Part shown: in pieces, positions 34,456 through 47,898 of the stretch | How the letters are laid out: each line of letters begins with the position of its first letter | How positions within the stretch are numbered: the first letter of the stretch is position 1 | Assembly (NCBI GenBank): GCA_004764695.1 | Contig: SMSO01000031.1 | Location: forward strand, 6,492,761 to 6,556,760 | DNA length: 64,000 bases | DNA from: Schizochytrium sp. TIO01 | Lineage: Eukaryota; Protista; Bigyra: Labyrinthulomycetes | Reading direction: 5' to 3' | The notes under the pieces: generated by a model | What the model was told of the DNA's origin: nothing | The model's database searches: none | The model's input: only the letters and a program-made list of their open reading frames with translations | Program-made: the position numbers and the translations under genes

Positions 34456-37400
34456 ATGGCCGAGCCCGAGCCCGCCGCCGCTGCGACACAGCCCGAGACA
34501 GCTCCCGGAGCAGAATCAGCTCCCTCCCCCGCCGCCGGCGCCTCTCCGGCGACGCAGCAAGCCGCCGCCATGGATGGCGCTGCCGAGATGGAAAAAGCGG
34601 CAAAGCCGCAGGAGGCAGCAGGGGAAAAACGAGGAGACCATGAACATCAAGACCTGCCCGGCGAAAGCGCCCAAGAACAAGCCCAGGTTGAGGATGCACA
34701 AGAAGGAACAACCTCCGAGGGCGTCGGGAAGACCCTGGGCGCACCTCCAGCCGCGCAGCAGGTCGGAAACGACGGAGAGCTTGGCAGGTGAGAAGAAAGA
34801 AGTGGAAAAGCAGGACCTGAGCCAGACTGACAGTGCTAACGGTGCCGACAAAAACGAAGGCCAAAGCCAGTCTGAGAAGATCGTTGTCGAAGGCGAAATT
34901 GCGGCACAAAAGGACTCTGAAACCGTGGACGATTCCAAGGAAACGCAAGATACTGCTGCTGCTGCTGGGAATGCCACGGTTGGAGATAAGGCCGAGGATG
35001 CTCAGGCCGGCGATGGGGAGACCGCCATCTCTGGGGAGGAGAACGCGGATGGAAAGGAGGCGGAAGTTGTCGGGGAAGCAGGAAAGACTCTAGAGGACTC
35101 AACTATGCCGGTAACCCAGGATGAGGAATCCATGACGCCCGTGGATGATGACGATGACGACGATGATAAAGCCTCGACACACTCAACCGCGCACAATGAA
35201 GCAGAGGAAAGCAGCTCCGCGATAGATACTGAACACAAAGGCACAGAGGAAATTAAGCCAGTCCAGGAGAATGATGCCCCAAGTGCGGCAACAAATGTAG
35301 ATGTGCCCGCAGAAGATGCCTCGAAGGCCAACATTGACAATAATGCAGATGGAGATGTAGAAATGGGTGAGGCAGATATTGCGCAAAGTGAAAGCAAACT
35401 GGCTGAGAGCATTGACCAGGAGGATAATAAGACTGCACCGCAACTTCCTGTCCCAGAAGCAAACTCGCAGCCCTCCCCTTCATTGGTCACTGCTGCTGAT
35501 GCTGCTGCTGATGCTGATGCTGATGCCTCAACCTCAGTGGAGGCGGATGTTAATGTTGATGTGGAAGCACCAGAGACTGATGTTGTTGTCGATACCGCCA
35601 CCAATGTTGAGGAATCATCTGTAGACAAGCCAGCCTCGGCACCTGTGGATCTGCAAGAGCCAAATCAATCCGCATCCTCCTCTGTTCCACCTGCCGAAGT
35701 GCCAAACTCGGCGGAGGAGAAACGTGATCAAACCTCTGAGGAGAAGTCTTCAGAACACGCGCCTGTGGGTACTACGATCAGCGAGCGTGTCCGCGACGAC
35801 CCTAGCGATAGCTTGAAAGCAATATCTTCAGAAGCACAAGCAGAAACGCAGGAAATTCAAGATGAAGACGTTGTAATGGGCGACGAATCTGAACAAGTCC
35901 CTGGCGAGGCTCAGAGAGCTGCTGCCCCTGCCAGCAATACACAGACTCAAGAAGACACTAAGATGGCAGATGATGACGTTGCCGTTGATGTATCTGCCGA
36001 GGTGCTTGAGAAGATGGACCAGTCTGAGGAGACAGATAAACCTGAACCTTCTTCGAGTGCCCCTGTCACGGTTTTTCAGCACACCAGCGAGATGGATCAA
36101 TCTGAGGAAGATGCACTCTTGAACGAGGGAGGTGTAGCTCCTGAAACCAAAGCAGACCATGCCACGGAGGATGAAGAGGATTTACTAAATGAGGCCAAAC
36201 ATTCAACCCAACTTCAAGACAGCCAGGCTGACCAAGTTGTTCAGGAGACCCCTGTCCAAGAGGCAACCTCTGACCACAGTGGAGATGAACGCAAGGTTGC
36301 AGAGGTGAAGGAGAAGTTTATATCACCAGAAGAGAGTGCACCTGCTGAGGAGGCTCAATCCACGGAACAGACAACACCAAAGGCTGACACTGCTATGGAA
36401 GATGTTGAGGCTAACAAAATTTCTGCAGAGCCTATTCAAACCGCAGAGGCAACTAATGCCAGCGAAGAAAAGATGGCGTCTAATTCCAAACTAGAAGGAA
36501 ACGAGTCTGCTGGTGCCAACCAGGAGACTTCATTGGATAACAAACCTGATGTTCCTTCTATCGTTGATGTTTCTGCTGGAGAGCAAGCTACAAATGAATT
36601 CCAGGGTGGGGAGCCTAGTGAACCAGCAAAAACTATTGAAAAGTCGCAATTAACATCGGAGCAGACAGCACAAATGGAAGAAGATGAACTTCTTGGCGAT
36701 TTAGACACAAAAGATGTTGCTTCAAATGAAACTGAAAAGAAGGTGTCTGGAAGCGACACTGCTGAGCTGACCAAGGCCGAGGAAGATCAACTTTTAGATG
36801 ACTCCGGCGAAACTTCAGTCCCTGTTCCAGAGTCTAGTGTCGAGCAAACTGTAGAGGCCAAGGTAAGTCAGCATGTCCCTATCAAGGACTCTGCCAAAGT
36901 TGATCTTGAAGAAGTAAATATCGCCGATACCAGCAAGACAGATACAACAGCTGATTATAAGACAAACCTGGAAACTGGTAATATTGATACCGCAAACAAT
37001 GCCGATGAAGAAGCAAACGTATTGAGTAACGATAGCAAGGTGCCTCAAGTTGGACTTGAGAACCAAGCCCATAGAACTGAAGACGCTGTGATGGAAGACG
37101 GGGTTAGCGGATCTGCCAGTCAGGATACCGTGACGAACTTAGAGGCCAGCAAACCAGGAAACGATGCTATTGAACACAAGGAGGAGGATGAAGAGATGAA
37201 AGATGGGGAAGAAATCTCAGTAAAGATGGATGAAGCATTATTAGGAGCTGCGCAAGCACAGACCAGTAATACATTGGATTCCACTGCAGTCACCCAAGCT
37301 CCTGATGGCCCTGTCCCAGTTCTGACTACTTCTACTGAAACCCTGAAAGATGTGTCATTGTCCGCTGTAGATACTGAGATGAAGATAGAGGAGACGAATG

Positions 37401-40400
37401 TTATTACGATCACCGACAAACTAGGTCAGGGAGCAGAACTAAAAACTGCGCCTGTAGATTTGCCAAAGGAAATGGCAGAGAAATCTGGTGAGATGGCCAA
37501 ACCGTCATTAACAGCCCCACCAGAGCAACAATCATCTGAAGTTATGAAGAATAATACTGACGATAACCTTAAAGAGCTCACCGATGATCAAGACATGCAT
37601 AACGTAACATTAGCATCTGCTGAGCAGATGGAATCAACCGCACCATCAGGGGCTTCTGTTGAAGCCCAGGTAGAAGTAAAGCAGCAAGATCCTGTTTCAT
37701 CATCCGTGGGCGCTCCCAATTCTAGTCAGAGTGACTTGTCACACTCCAACGCACTCATCGATGCCCTGGCTCCAGCAACTACAGCCACAAAGCTTGAAGG
37801 AGTGAAGGTTGATGCATTCAAGGAGATGTCTGGTTCAGATATTTCAGTTACAACCTCAACAATAGCAAAACCAGTAGATGCACCATCGTCTAGTAGCTTG
37901 GTGAACATCCAACCTCAGCAGGTTCAATCTTCAGAAGCACAATTTTCATCAAATACGAGTTCTAGTGAAGGAAAGGCCGCCTTTGAGGTAGTTGATTCCA
38001 CAACTTCAACATCCGTATCGCAAAACCCCACGGTTAGTAACACAGACTATGTTGCTAATACCACTACTTCAAAGCCATCGTCGACCGTGGAGGTTGGCGT
38101 CTCGGCATCAGAAAATGATAGTGTACCACAATCGGCTGTATCGACTAATGCTCAACCCGTTGCACCTGTAGAAGCGTCTGTGTCTGCCTCCGTGTCTTTA
38201 AATGATACCCCTACTGTCCCCAAGTTGACAACGGGGGAGCAAAACGATGCTTCACTTTTCAACAACGACCATAAATCTGATGTCGACTCTGTCGCTGGCA
38301 TGGACCTTGACTTTGATATCCCTTTTGATGCCTCAGCCAGCCACCATGACGTTGAGGATAATGCATTTGACAGTTTCAAAGCCAACCCCTCAGATAGGCC
38401 ACGGCTTGCTTCGATTGACGTGGTAGCTGTTACTTCGAGTTCCTCTTCTTCTGGAAATCCTTCTGAGAATACAAATACTAAGGTTAGACCTACTGAACCA
38501 GTTGTGACCTCGGCAGCATCATCAACAGCATTACTGACAGCGCCTGCAGAATCCTCAACTACATCAGATATTGCTACCACGGGAGGTAGTTCTACGGCGG
38601 CTCCTGCTGTGTCCTCATTAGATACACCTATTGACCCGGCTGGAAATGATGACATGGATATGGATGAGGTGATTGATAACGATAAGAACACTGATGATGG
38701 CATGTCTTCTTCGGGCCTAGAGGTGGTTCCTCAAAGCGGTTCAAACTCAAATCCTGTAAATCTATTACCAATTGTGCCAAGACGTTGGGAGGACACAGCG
38801 GAGTGCAACCTCATCCTTGAGCATCAAAAATTAAATGAAGAGGAAATGAATAAGGCCCGAATGATCCACTTCATCTCTTCTTATCTTTCTAAAGAACTCG
38901 GATGCTCCGACGCTGTTGAAGCGCTGCACGCAGAGGTTACAAGGAAGAATATCCTTCCTAAAGTGACGAACTGGACTGGTTATACTCGCCCTGGAGAACT
39001 CAATGATCTTACTTTACACTTTGGGAAGCTTGATGGAGTCATGGAAAGTATCACCTCTAGTATTGTAGACTCGATCAAAGTCAGAAACGAAGAGGCTGTC
39101 TCTGAGCAACGCCAACTGATTCTGGATCTGCTTGAAACCCGGGATGCTATTAGATCGCGTGAACGCGAAGCTCATTTTCTTGAGGCCCGTGCGCTCAAGA
39201 ACCCTGCGGACAATTTCGAACATAGGATTGCTCGTAAGCGTGCCGAGGCAAAAGATCTGGAAGGCAAAGCTGCTATCCTGCGTCGTAAGATCGCTTTAGG
39301 ACGCAAGCCTCTACGCGCGTCTTATACAGGCCAGCACAACGAGCCAAAAATGCCTGTGGGTGCACTCTACAGCAAACTGCAATTCCTGAAAAAGACCCAG
39401 GGCCACTATTCTTTTGTGTACTGTATTGGTGTGGATCCTGAAGGTGAGTTTGTTGTCACAGGCTCTGATGATACACTCTTAAAAGTATGGTCTGCACACA
39501 GTGGCCAACTTTTAAAGACTTTGCGAGGCCATTCTCACAATGTCTGTGATGTAGCGATTAAGCGAAGACCTGATGGTGGAGTACTCCTTGCATCCGCTTC
39601 TGATGATCTCTCCATTCGCATTTGGGAGCTCCCTTCTGGTCGTGCACTATGTGTTTTTAAGGGACATACCAAGGGTGTGGAAGCTGTTCGATTCGACATT
39701 CATACTGGTCTATTATACTCTGCAAGCAATGATGGATCGCTCTGTGTGTGGGATACAGATTCAATCTACGAGACTTCGGTTATACGTGGTGAAACTACAA
39801 CCCCCGAGCAGCGCACACCAATCATGCTTCCTCACGTGAACCGTGCTAATGCTCGCCCAAGCGAAGTAAATGTTGTGGCTGTGCACCCGGCGGGTGGATT
39901 TATTGCTACGGGCGCAGAAGATGGTACTGTTCGTGTCTGGTGCGGTCAAAAAAATCCGCATCCAGATGTCCTTGCAAAATGCCAAACAGCTTTAATTTCT
40001 GCTTCTCCTCTTGTCGATGGGGCTTATCGGAATGGCTCAAATCGTCTGGTGAATATAATCCACACCCAGTTGACCAACGTATCTAGCCTCGTATGGTCCA
40101 AGGATGGCTATCGTCTATTAGCAACATCTGCTAAGGAGGGCTTGGTGCGTGTCTGGGAGTGGAAGCACACAACTCAGTTCAGTTCTCTCGACACAGTTGT
40201 CGGGTTTTTGTTCTCGCTTCCTCGTCTCGGATTCACATTGAGCACGCAAACAGAGCCTTCACCGGAGGTAGTAAAAACTTGTATTGAAGTTCCTGATGCA
40301 AATACTGCTAACGGGACGGGTGATACGACGAATACTGCCGAGAGTGGTGCTCGTGATCTTGGGGGGCGGCAACCTAGTGAGGCCTCGGCTAATACTAATG

Positions 40401-43400
40401 CTGCTGGTCGCCGTTCGCCTGCTAACAACCACGCCTCCGCTAAAGCGGCTCGTCGTAACAAACGTCTTCCTGGTCTTGATGCTGTGGCTTGGTCTTGTGA
40501 TGACCGCTGGATTGTGACAGCTCAGACATTGATGCCTTCCAATAGTCGAGATGTTCGAGCGTACTGGGGTCAAGAAATTCGAGTTTGGGATGCTCACAGC
40601 CGAGGAGAGCTTACACATGTACTCCGCAGGCATCGAAGTCAAGTGCTGGCCTTGGTTACTCATCCAACGAACCCACGTTTGGCTATGAGTGCAGGTTGGG
40701 ATGGTTTGGTGCTTCTTTGGGATATCGTCGACGGCTCATTAGTATGTGAGAACCTCGCTGTCCATTCATCTGGAATTACTTTTGTTCTTGACGTTCAATT
40801 TTTGCCGTATGGTCGCACTGGCTCTGATGTTGTCTGCACTGATTCAATGGGACGACTCAACTTTCTTGGTATTGGTGATGGCCGTGAGTATAGGGGAACG
40901 TACCCTATTCAGTTTTTTGCCCGTGATAAGAAACCTCTTGCGTACGATGGTTATGGAAATGCTGTTGATGCCGAAACTCAATGCCCACCTCATCTTATTA
41001 CTTCTCAGCCACTTTGTGACTCGCAGCTTATCCCTTACGAAGAGCAACCAGGTAAGCCAAACCCGGAAGCCCGTATCAGGGCTGTGCAGAATTTGGAGCG
41101 CGTTTCTCGTGAAAAGGAAAATGCGGCTCTGAATGAGGTAAAGGCTATTCTTGAGGAACAGGACCGCGATATTCTTGAGCACGGCCGTCGCTCTGTTAGA
41201 CGCCGTGTTATCACATATAGAGATGACAATGACCCACCTACACAGCCACAACCCCGTGCTCCTGCAGCTCGCAATGCTATTCCTCGTGCCGGAGCTGGTG
41301 GTCGACTTCCTGCCCCATTGATGAACAGTGCTTCGATCGATACCAACGCTGACGGAGATGAAGATGAGGCTTACGAGCTTGGTGACGACGATGATGAAGA
41401 GGAAGAGCGTCGAGCTGCGCGAGAACTCCAGATTACCAGAGGTGAATTACATCTACTGCGTAATGAGAGTCCGTCCAATGCTGACGCGCAGGCAAATGAG
41501 GCACCTCGGACAATTCGTCGTGCCGCTCGCCGCGCTGCTGGTCGTATGCGCCAAGTTCGGGATCTATTGCTGGATGCTAATGGAAATGCGGCTACTACAT
41601 CAGCTTCTTCGTCGTCGTCATCGGGTCTAGCTGTTGGTGCTCCTGGAGGGCAAGGCACTGCCGTTGTTGGGGGATCTGGCGCTTCATCGTCCTCATCAGG
41701 TTTTCAAGACCCTAATGCCCTTGCAAGATCTCGTGTGACAGGCGCCACTTCGTCAAGTAGTTCTACTTTTCCTGATGGGCCTGCTGCGGAAAGTAGTGGT
41801 ATTTCACCTGTTCGTCGCGCGGCTAGCTCAAGCTCAAGTACTAGCTATCGCACAGAAGATGGATCTGGTGATGCAACCGGTGCCTATGGTTCTTCGTTGC
41901 TAACATCTACGGGTTCACGAGGTGGGCTTCCCGCGATGCTCGATCAAGAGTGGTTGCAACGCTCAGCAATGTTTGATCGTAAATGGCTACATGCTAATCA
42001 CCGGATTCCTCAATACGGCGATGTTTTCATATACTGTGCCCAAGCCCACAAGATGGTAACAGAAAGATACCTTGAACTTCGGAAGACGTTGTATGCTTCC
42101 CAGAATAATCATGTGGCCCCACTTTACGCGCCTTGGGAGAGTCTTCTTTATGATCTGCCAAACTGGCCCCTTGTCATGTGCGAATTGTTGAACACCAAAC
42201 CCATTTTCCCATACTCCAAGAAGTCTCTTATTGCGAACGATCAGATCACCATCAGTGAATATCACAAGGCCCTTCCTGCAATTGCTCTTGAACTTAAACT
42301 CAAGATTGTTGCTACGCCGCCAAAGAACTCGAACGGAGCCTTGCCTCGCACAGATTCGTGGGAACCGTGGAGCGATGGCGAATCTTTTGTATTTGATATC
42401 GTTTATTTCCGCCCCGAGCCTAACGACCCTGCAATTTTCCTTTCCAAGGGTGAGTTCAATACATATTTTGTGCAAAGTTTCATTCAGGGTATGCATGTCG
42501 CGGATGCTTCAGGACGCGGTGGTTCTGTGCACGGTTTTCAACCTGCGGATTCAACATCAATGGTATGGCCCTCGCCCTACTTGCGCGGTATTACTGTGTG
42601 CTTCCCAGGCACGGCTGGTGCGCCAGGAGAGACGAAGATATATGCTCCGTGGGAAATCAAACCCACTGCGACTCAGATTCAACCATGGTCTCTCCCTTTT
42701 GGCCATCCTGTGGATCCAAATACTTCTGAACGTGTAGCGGGAACCTTGATGGAGCTCTCTGTTCGAACTGAAGTAGCGCGACCTTTTAAGGAGCCAGTAG
42801 ACGCAAATGTTGTAATTGGTTACCTTTCCTTTATTGCATCTCCCATGGATATGGGCACGTTAGTGGAACTGTTGAAGAAAGGTCACTACCGTAGTGTGCA
42901 TCAGATTTTTGCAGATATTGAGTTGCTTTACCAAAATTGTATTACCTATAACCCGAAGGGAACACCTATTCGTCGACTGGGCAAAAAGTTTCGCCAATTG
43001 GCAAACACAGCAATTTTACACAGCATCTCCGCAGATATGGTGCCGCCTATGTTTGATCGTGAAAAGAATGAGCTGAAAAAATATTCTGAGGGCAAACGTA
43101 TGAAGGGTGCTAAGGCCCGTCCAAAGACCCCAACGTTGACTCCTGCTGCAAAGGACTTCAAAACAGATAAGAAGAAAATGATTCGCATGAAGAGGGCACG
43201 TCAACCAAGCCCTACCCCGATTACTATGACGGGTGCCCGACCGGCAAAAAAACGTGCTGCGGCACAAATTTCGCCTTCTATCCCACTTGGAGCCCCGCAC
43301 CCGTCGTTGAATGCAAGCTCAAGCTCAGGTCAAGCTACATCAGCTCCTGCGTCAACATCTACCTCAGCTCTCGCTCCTTCACGTGCTCCTGCTCCGAAAT

Positions 43401-46307
43401 CTCGCGGTGCTGGCTTTGAAACAAGCCAGATGCAAATGCAAGCTCGCGCGCAAGCACAAGCTCAGGCACAAGCTCAGGCGCAAGCTCAGGCACAAGCTCA
43501 GGCACAAGCTCAGGCACAAGCTCAGGCACAAGCTCAGGCACAAGCTCAGGCGCAAGCTCGGGCACAAGCTCGGGCACAAGCTCAGGCGCAAGCTCAAGCT
43601 CAAGCTCAGGCAGTAGCTGCTGCTCAGGCACAAGCACAACATGCCCAGATGTGGCCAGCTTCTCAGATTCCAGCTGCCTGGCCTTCACAAATGATGGCAT
43701 CTGTGCCTGCTCGTAATGATATGGGTTTTGCCATGTTGCAACAACAACAACAACAACAACAGACGGCTCAACAACAACAACAAAAGCAGGCTACTGTTTC
43801 CGCTGTCCCTCAAGTCTCTGGTCTGCAAAGTGTACCTCAACAGGTACCAAAAACGAAGAGTACGACCAGTACCGGTATCTCTGCTGCTGTTCCCAGTTCT
43901 ATGAGTTCGACCCCATCTGCTACTCCCCCCATACCTGCCGCAACTGCTGGTAAGCAAGCAAAGTCTGCGAAACAGCCTAAGGCTCCTAAGGTCCCGAAGG
44001 CGCCAAAGCAATCAGCCAAGGCACCAAAGCAGCCAAAGGCCCCTAAGGCGCCAAAGGCAACAAAGCAGAACAAGGTTGCAAAGCAGACTCCTTCACCTAT
44101 TCCTCAATCAATTCAGCCCATGCATCTCTTGCAACCGGTCCAACCACTTCCCGTTGAGCCTGGGCAGCTTGTCCAGCCTTCCATTCTGAGCAGTATGCCT
44201 GCTCCTGCGGCAGTTCAGCGTACGGCATCGCAGCAGTCTCGTCGTAGGCAGTCTTCGGAATCGGCATCTTCAAGACCTACAAAGAAAGCCCGCAAGACGC
44301 CTACTAAGGCCCAACAGGCTGCCCAAGCTCAGCAGTCGGCACCTCAGCCTGCATCCTCATACATGTCATTTGGTGCATCAACTCAGCAACAGCCGAAACC
44401 TTTTTCTACTCAGCAACATGGTGTTTACCCCCATCCTCAAATGACCGTGCCTCAGCAGCAGTACATGCAAATGATGCAGCAAAAGAGCGCATCCCGCCAG
44501 TCTTCGGAAGGCCAGCAATCCAATGCATCCGCTGTGCCAGGATATAATGTTCAGACATACCCAGTTCAACCTCAGCCAGCAAAGACTCAAGCAATGCCGG
44601 CAAATGGCTTGTCTCGCCAAGGCAGCACTAGCTCCCAAAAGAGTCGCAGCAGCTATCCCCAACCACAACCGCTTCAGCCTAGTGCATCTAGCTCGGCAGC
44701 CAGCGCCCCTTCCCCTGCACAGCCTTCGTCTGCAGCGACATCTACTACAGCTAAAGCAAAGAAATCTGGTCGAGGAGCAAAGGCTGCGGGCGCAGCTGCC
44801 AAACCTGAGACAACGCGTAAGCCGCGCGCTCCAGCAAAGGCAAAGGCACCTAAAACTCAGAATCGACGCACTGCATCTAGTTCTTCTTCGACGTCATCTA
44901 CAAAGGCAACTCCTGCTAACACTGCGGCGCAGACTTCAGCATCTGAAGCAGCAGTACCATCAACGCAACGCCAGGCACAAGCAAGCACAGACAACGAATT
45001 CCGCTTCTGCAGGCTCGGCAGCGGCGCCCCAATATACTCAACAGCAGCAACAGCCTTATGGGTACTTTCCTCAGCAACCTTACCCTGGTTCTGTACAGTA
45101 TGGCGGTATGATGTCGCACGGCAGTCAAGCTCAATCACAACAGCAGTCGCAGTCCAAACAACCCCAGCAGGCTCAACAGAAGCAACCAGCGCAGGTGCAG
45201 CAACCGAAGCAGCAGCAGCAGCAACCAGCTCAGGCGCAGGCGCAACAGCCCCAGACGGCACAACAGCAACAGCCCCAGGCGGTACAACAGCAACAGCCCC
45301 AGGCGGCACAACAGCAACAACAGGCTCAACCACGCCACCCTCAGGCTGCCCAAATGATGCAAGGGCAGTATCCGATGATGCCAAACGCACAGGGAAATCC
45401 GCAGCAGCAACAAGTTATGATGATGATGATGCAGCAGCAACAGCAGCAGCAACAACAACAACAACAACAACAACCACAGACCTCAAGGCCGGAGGATCAA
45501 CAGCAGCCGCAACAAGCAGCCTTACAACAACGTCAGCAGCAGCAGCAGCAGCAACAACAACAGGCTCAACAACAGCAACAAAGGTTGTACCAGCAGCAAC
45601 AGGCTCAACAACAGCAGGCTCAACAACAGCAATTACAAAGGCTATACCAGCAGCAGCAGCAACAGCATGGCTTCCCCTATCACCAGCAACAATATCATCA
45701 GCAGTATCAGCAGCCGCAGCCCTCGATGCACATGTCGTCAGAATATGCTAACTATGGTGCTATGGGACACCCTCAAGGCCAACAAGTACATCAGCAACAG
45801 CAACATCAGATGATGCATGGATCTGGTAATCAATCTGGTGTTTCTATGGGCTACAACAACCCTCAACATCAGCAGCAACAGCAGCAACAGCAGCAACACT
45901 CGAATGGTCAATGGTACCCTATGGGCATGAGCAGCAGCAGCAGCAGTAGCAGCATGTCTGGAAGTGTTGATGGTGCAGATGCTAGTGAATCGAAGATGCA
46001 ACATGACGGTGGTTCGGCTGGGAAGCGCGCTCGTGCTCCGAAGGCAGCAAAACCCAAGATGAAAGAATCTCCGGTTGTTTACGACGAGGCAAGCAAGATA
46101 TGGTTCTTTGTGAACTCAGAAGGGTCAATGGAGAGCCTTGGCTCTTTCCGCAATGAAAGACAAGCACTCAAAGCTTATAACGAGAGGCAGCAAGAGCGTG
46201 AGATGTTCAATAATCTGTCGTCATTTGATTCCGTCACCCCTGACCTGAAGGACATCAAGGACGATGATATCATTGAGGAGTTCTCTGATGACTTGAACTT
46301 CTTTTAA
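34456..46307 (+). CDS. Giant BRWD1/PHIP-like WD40-bromodomain protein (about 3949 aa if two +1 frame breaks near 34760-34790 and 44950-44990 are corrected)
   Basis: ATG in GCCGCCATGG context at 34456; ~1400-aa acidic region; BRWD N-terminal motif [10 protein letters not shown] (~38950); WD40 repeats ~39385-40870; bromodomain PFKEPVD...PMDMGT...NCITYN ~42720-43020; (AQ)n and poly-Q tail; span minus 2 nt is a multiple of 3. Confidence 0.8.
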
Positions 46308-47040
46308 GTTTTTGAACATTCAACCTGACTATCTTTCACCAGATGTTGAAAGTGCAGAATGGTTCCTTTTGTTGTGCCTGAATGCGAATTCAGCTGCGCT
46401 GCGTCTCACTTCTACAACCATACAACTGATTGCCCACTCCTAGCGCACTATTCTCATTCTCTGATTGGAAATGAATACTTTGATCTGTCTGGAGGTGTCT
46501 TCAAAGATTGTATTCTGGATATTATAAATCCATCCGGTGGGGCACTCTAACTTGAAGTTTCTGGCCTCCTTTATTGGCCTACCCACTACGTATTCTTTTT
46601 GCTCATTCTTTTTTTTATATAATGACGTGAAATTGAAATGAATTGTCTACATGTGCCTGCCTTTTTTATTTGAGTTCGTGTATGATGATCGGCCTTCTAA
46701 CACAGCTTCACAGGTTTTATAGGAATACACAACGGCAGCACATTTATAACAACTTTTTTAAACCAAAAATAATTAGATTTTGTGTTTGTATTGTCCTGAT
46801 ATTTTGCAATTCCCATTAGGTTCTGTAGATATAACTGCCTCCTAAAGATAAAGAGGCCGTAGTACAGCAACTTGGTGAGGGCTGTACGCGTAAAGGCAGG
46901 TCTGTTCTGTCAATAATACAAAAGAAGAGCAAGAAGAGGAAGAGGAAGATCATATGATGTATACTATAATTGAATTTGAATCTAATAAAATGCGCTTCCG
47001 AGTTCATTCTTGATTGCGCACTGGGGACAAAAATAAAGAA

Positions 47041-47898
47041 TTAGGCTTCAACCTTGCGCTTCTTGCTGAAGCTCGGGTCCATCTGCTCAATGGCTTTGAG
47101 GATATGGTCAGCAACCTCAGCAACACCAACCTTATTCTTCACCTGAGTAAAGAGAGTAGGACCGGTGCCACGCATTTTTTCAGCGTCGCGCTTCATCACA
47201 TCAAGATCGGCGCCAACAAGCTCAGCAAGATCGGTTTTGTTGATGACAAGAAGGTCAGACTGTGTGACTCCGGGGCCGCCCTTACGAGGAACCTTGTCTC
47301 CGCCCGCAACATCGATAACGTAGATGATGTAGTCAGCGAGCTCACGGCTGAAGTTGGCACTGAGGTTATCACCTCCGGACTCGAGAAGGATAAGCTCAGG
47401 GTGGAACTTGGCAGTCAGCTCCTCAGCGGCAGCAAGATTGGAGCTAACATCTTCACGAATGGCAGCGTGTGGGCATCCACCAGTCTCGACGGCCTTAATA
47501 CGCTCCGGATCGAGGGCCTTGTTACGGACAAGAAATTCACCGTCTTCGCGAGTGAAAATGTCGTTGGTGATGGCAACAATGTTCTCATGGCCCGTCTCAT
47601 TAAAGTGTCTGCAGAGCATCAGCGTGAGGGCAGTTTTGCCACTGCCAACAGGGCCGCCAATGCCGATGGTGAATGCTCGTTTCTCAAATGTGTCACGTCC
47701 CTCGGTGAGGTTAATGGGTGCCTCACGCTTGGCATAGTCTCCAGGACCATCGAGGATTTCATGAGTGTGACCATGTCCGTCTCCGTGACCATGCCCGTGG
47801 CCATGTCCGTGGTCGTGCGAGTGGCTTCCGGACGGCTGTGCCTCTGCGACGCCGTCTCCAGTCTTGAACGTGCAAGTTTCCTTCGCGGGTTCCGACAT
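47041..47898 (-). CDS. ureG: Urease accessory GTPase UreG, 285 aa
   Basis: First ATG at 47898; His-rich N-terminus, [39 protein letters not shown]. Confidence 0.97.
   Translation of the reverse strand: MSEPAKETCTFKTGDGVAEAQPSGSHSHDHGHGHGHGHGDGHGHTHEILDGPGDYAKREAPINLTEGRDTFEKRAFTIGIGGPVGSGKTALTLMLCRHFNETGHENIVAITNDIFTREDGEFLVRNKALDPERIKAVETGGCPHAAIREDVSSNLAAAEELTAKFHPELILLESGGDNLSANFSRELADYIIYVIDVAGGDKVPRKGGPGVTQSDLLVINKTDLAELVGADLDVMKRDAEKMRGTGPTLFTQVKNKVGVAEVADHILKAIEQMDPSFSKKRKVEA

Noticed and set aside
34574-34760. ORF-track start (MALPRWKK...) for the 3725-aa ORF
   Set aside because: This basic leader is the shadow frame; ATG 34456 has a better context and matches the acidic composition downstream
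34759-34771. CAGGTCGGAAACG resembling SRP RNA helix 8
   Set aside because: The AGCAG partner and the rest of the SRP structure are absent, and it lies inside a CDS
45000-45751. T/A-rich C-terminus of the 3725-aa ORF
   Set aside because: Out-of-frame reading of CAG/CAA poly-Q repeats; the +1 frame gives the natural tail
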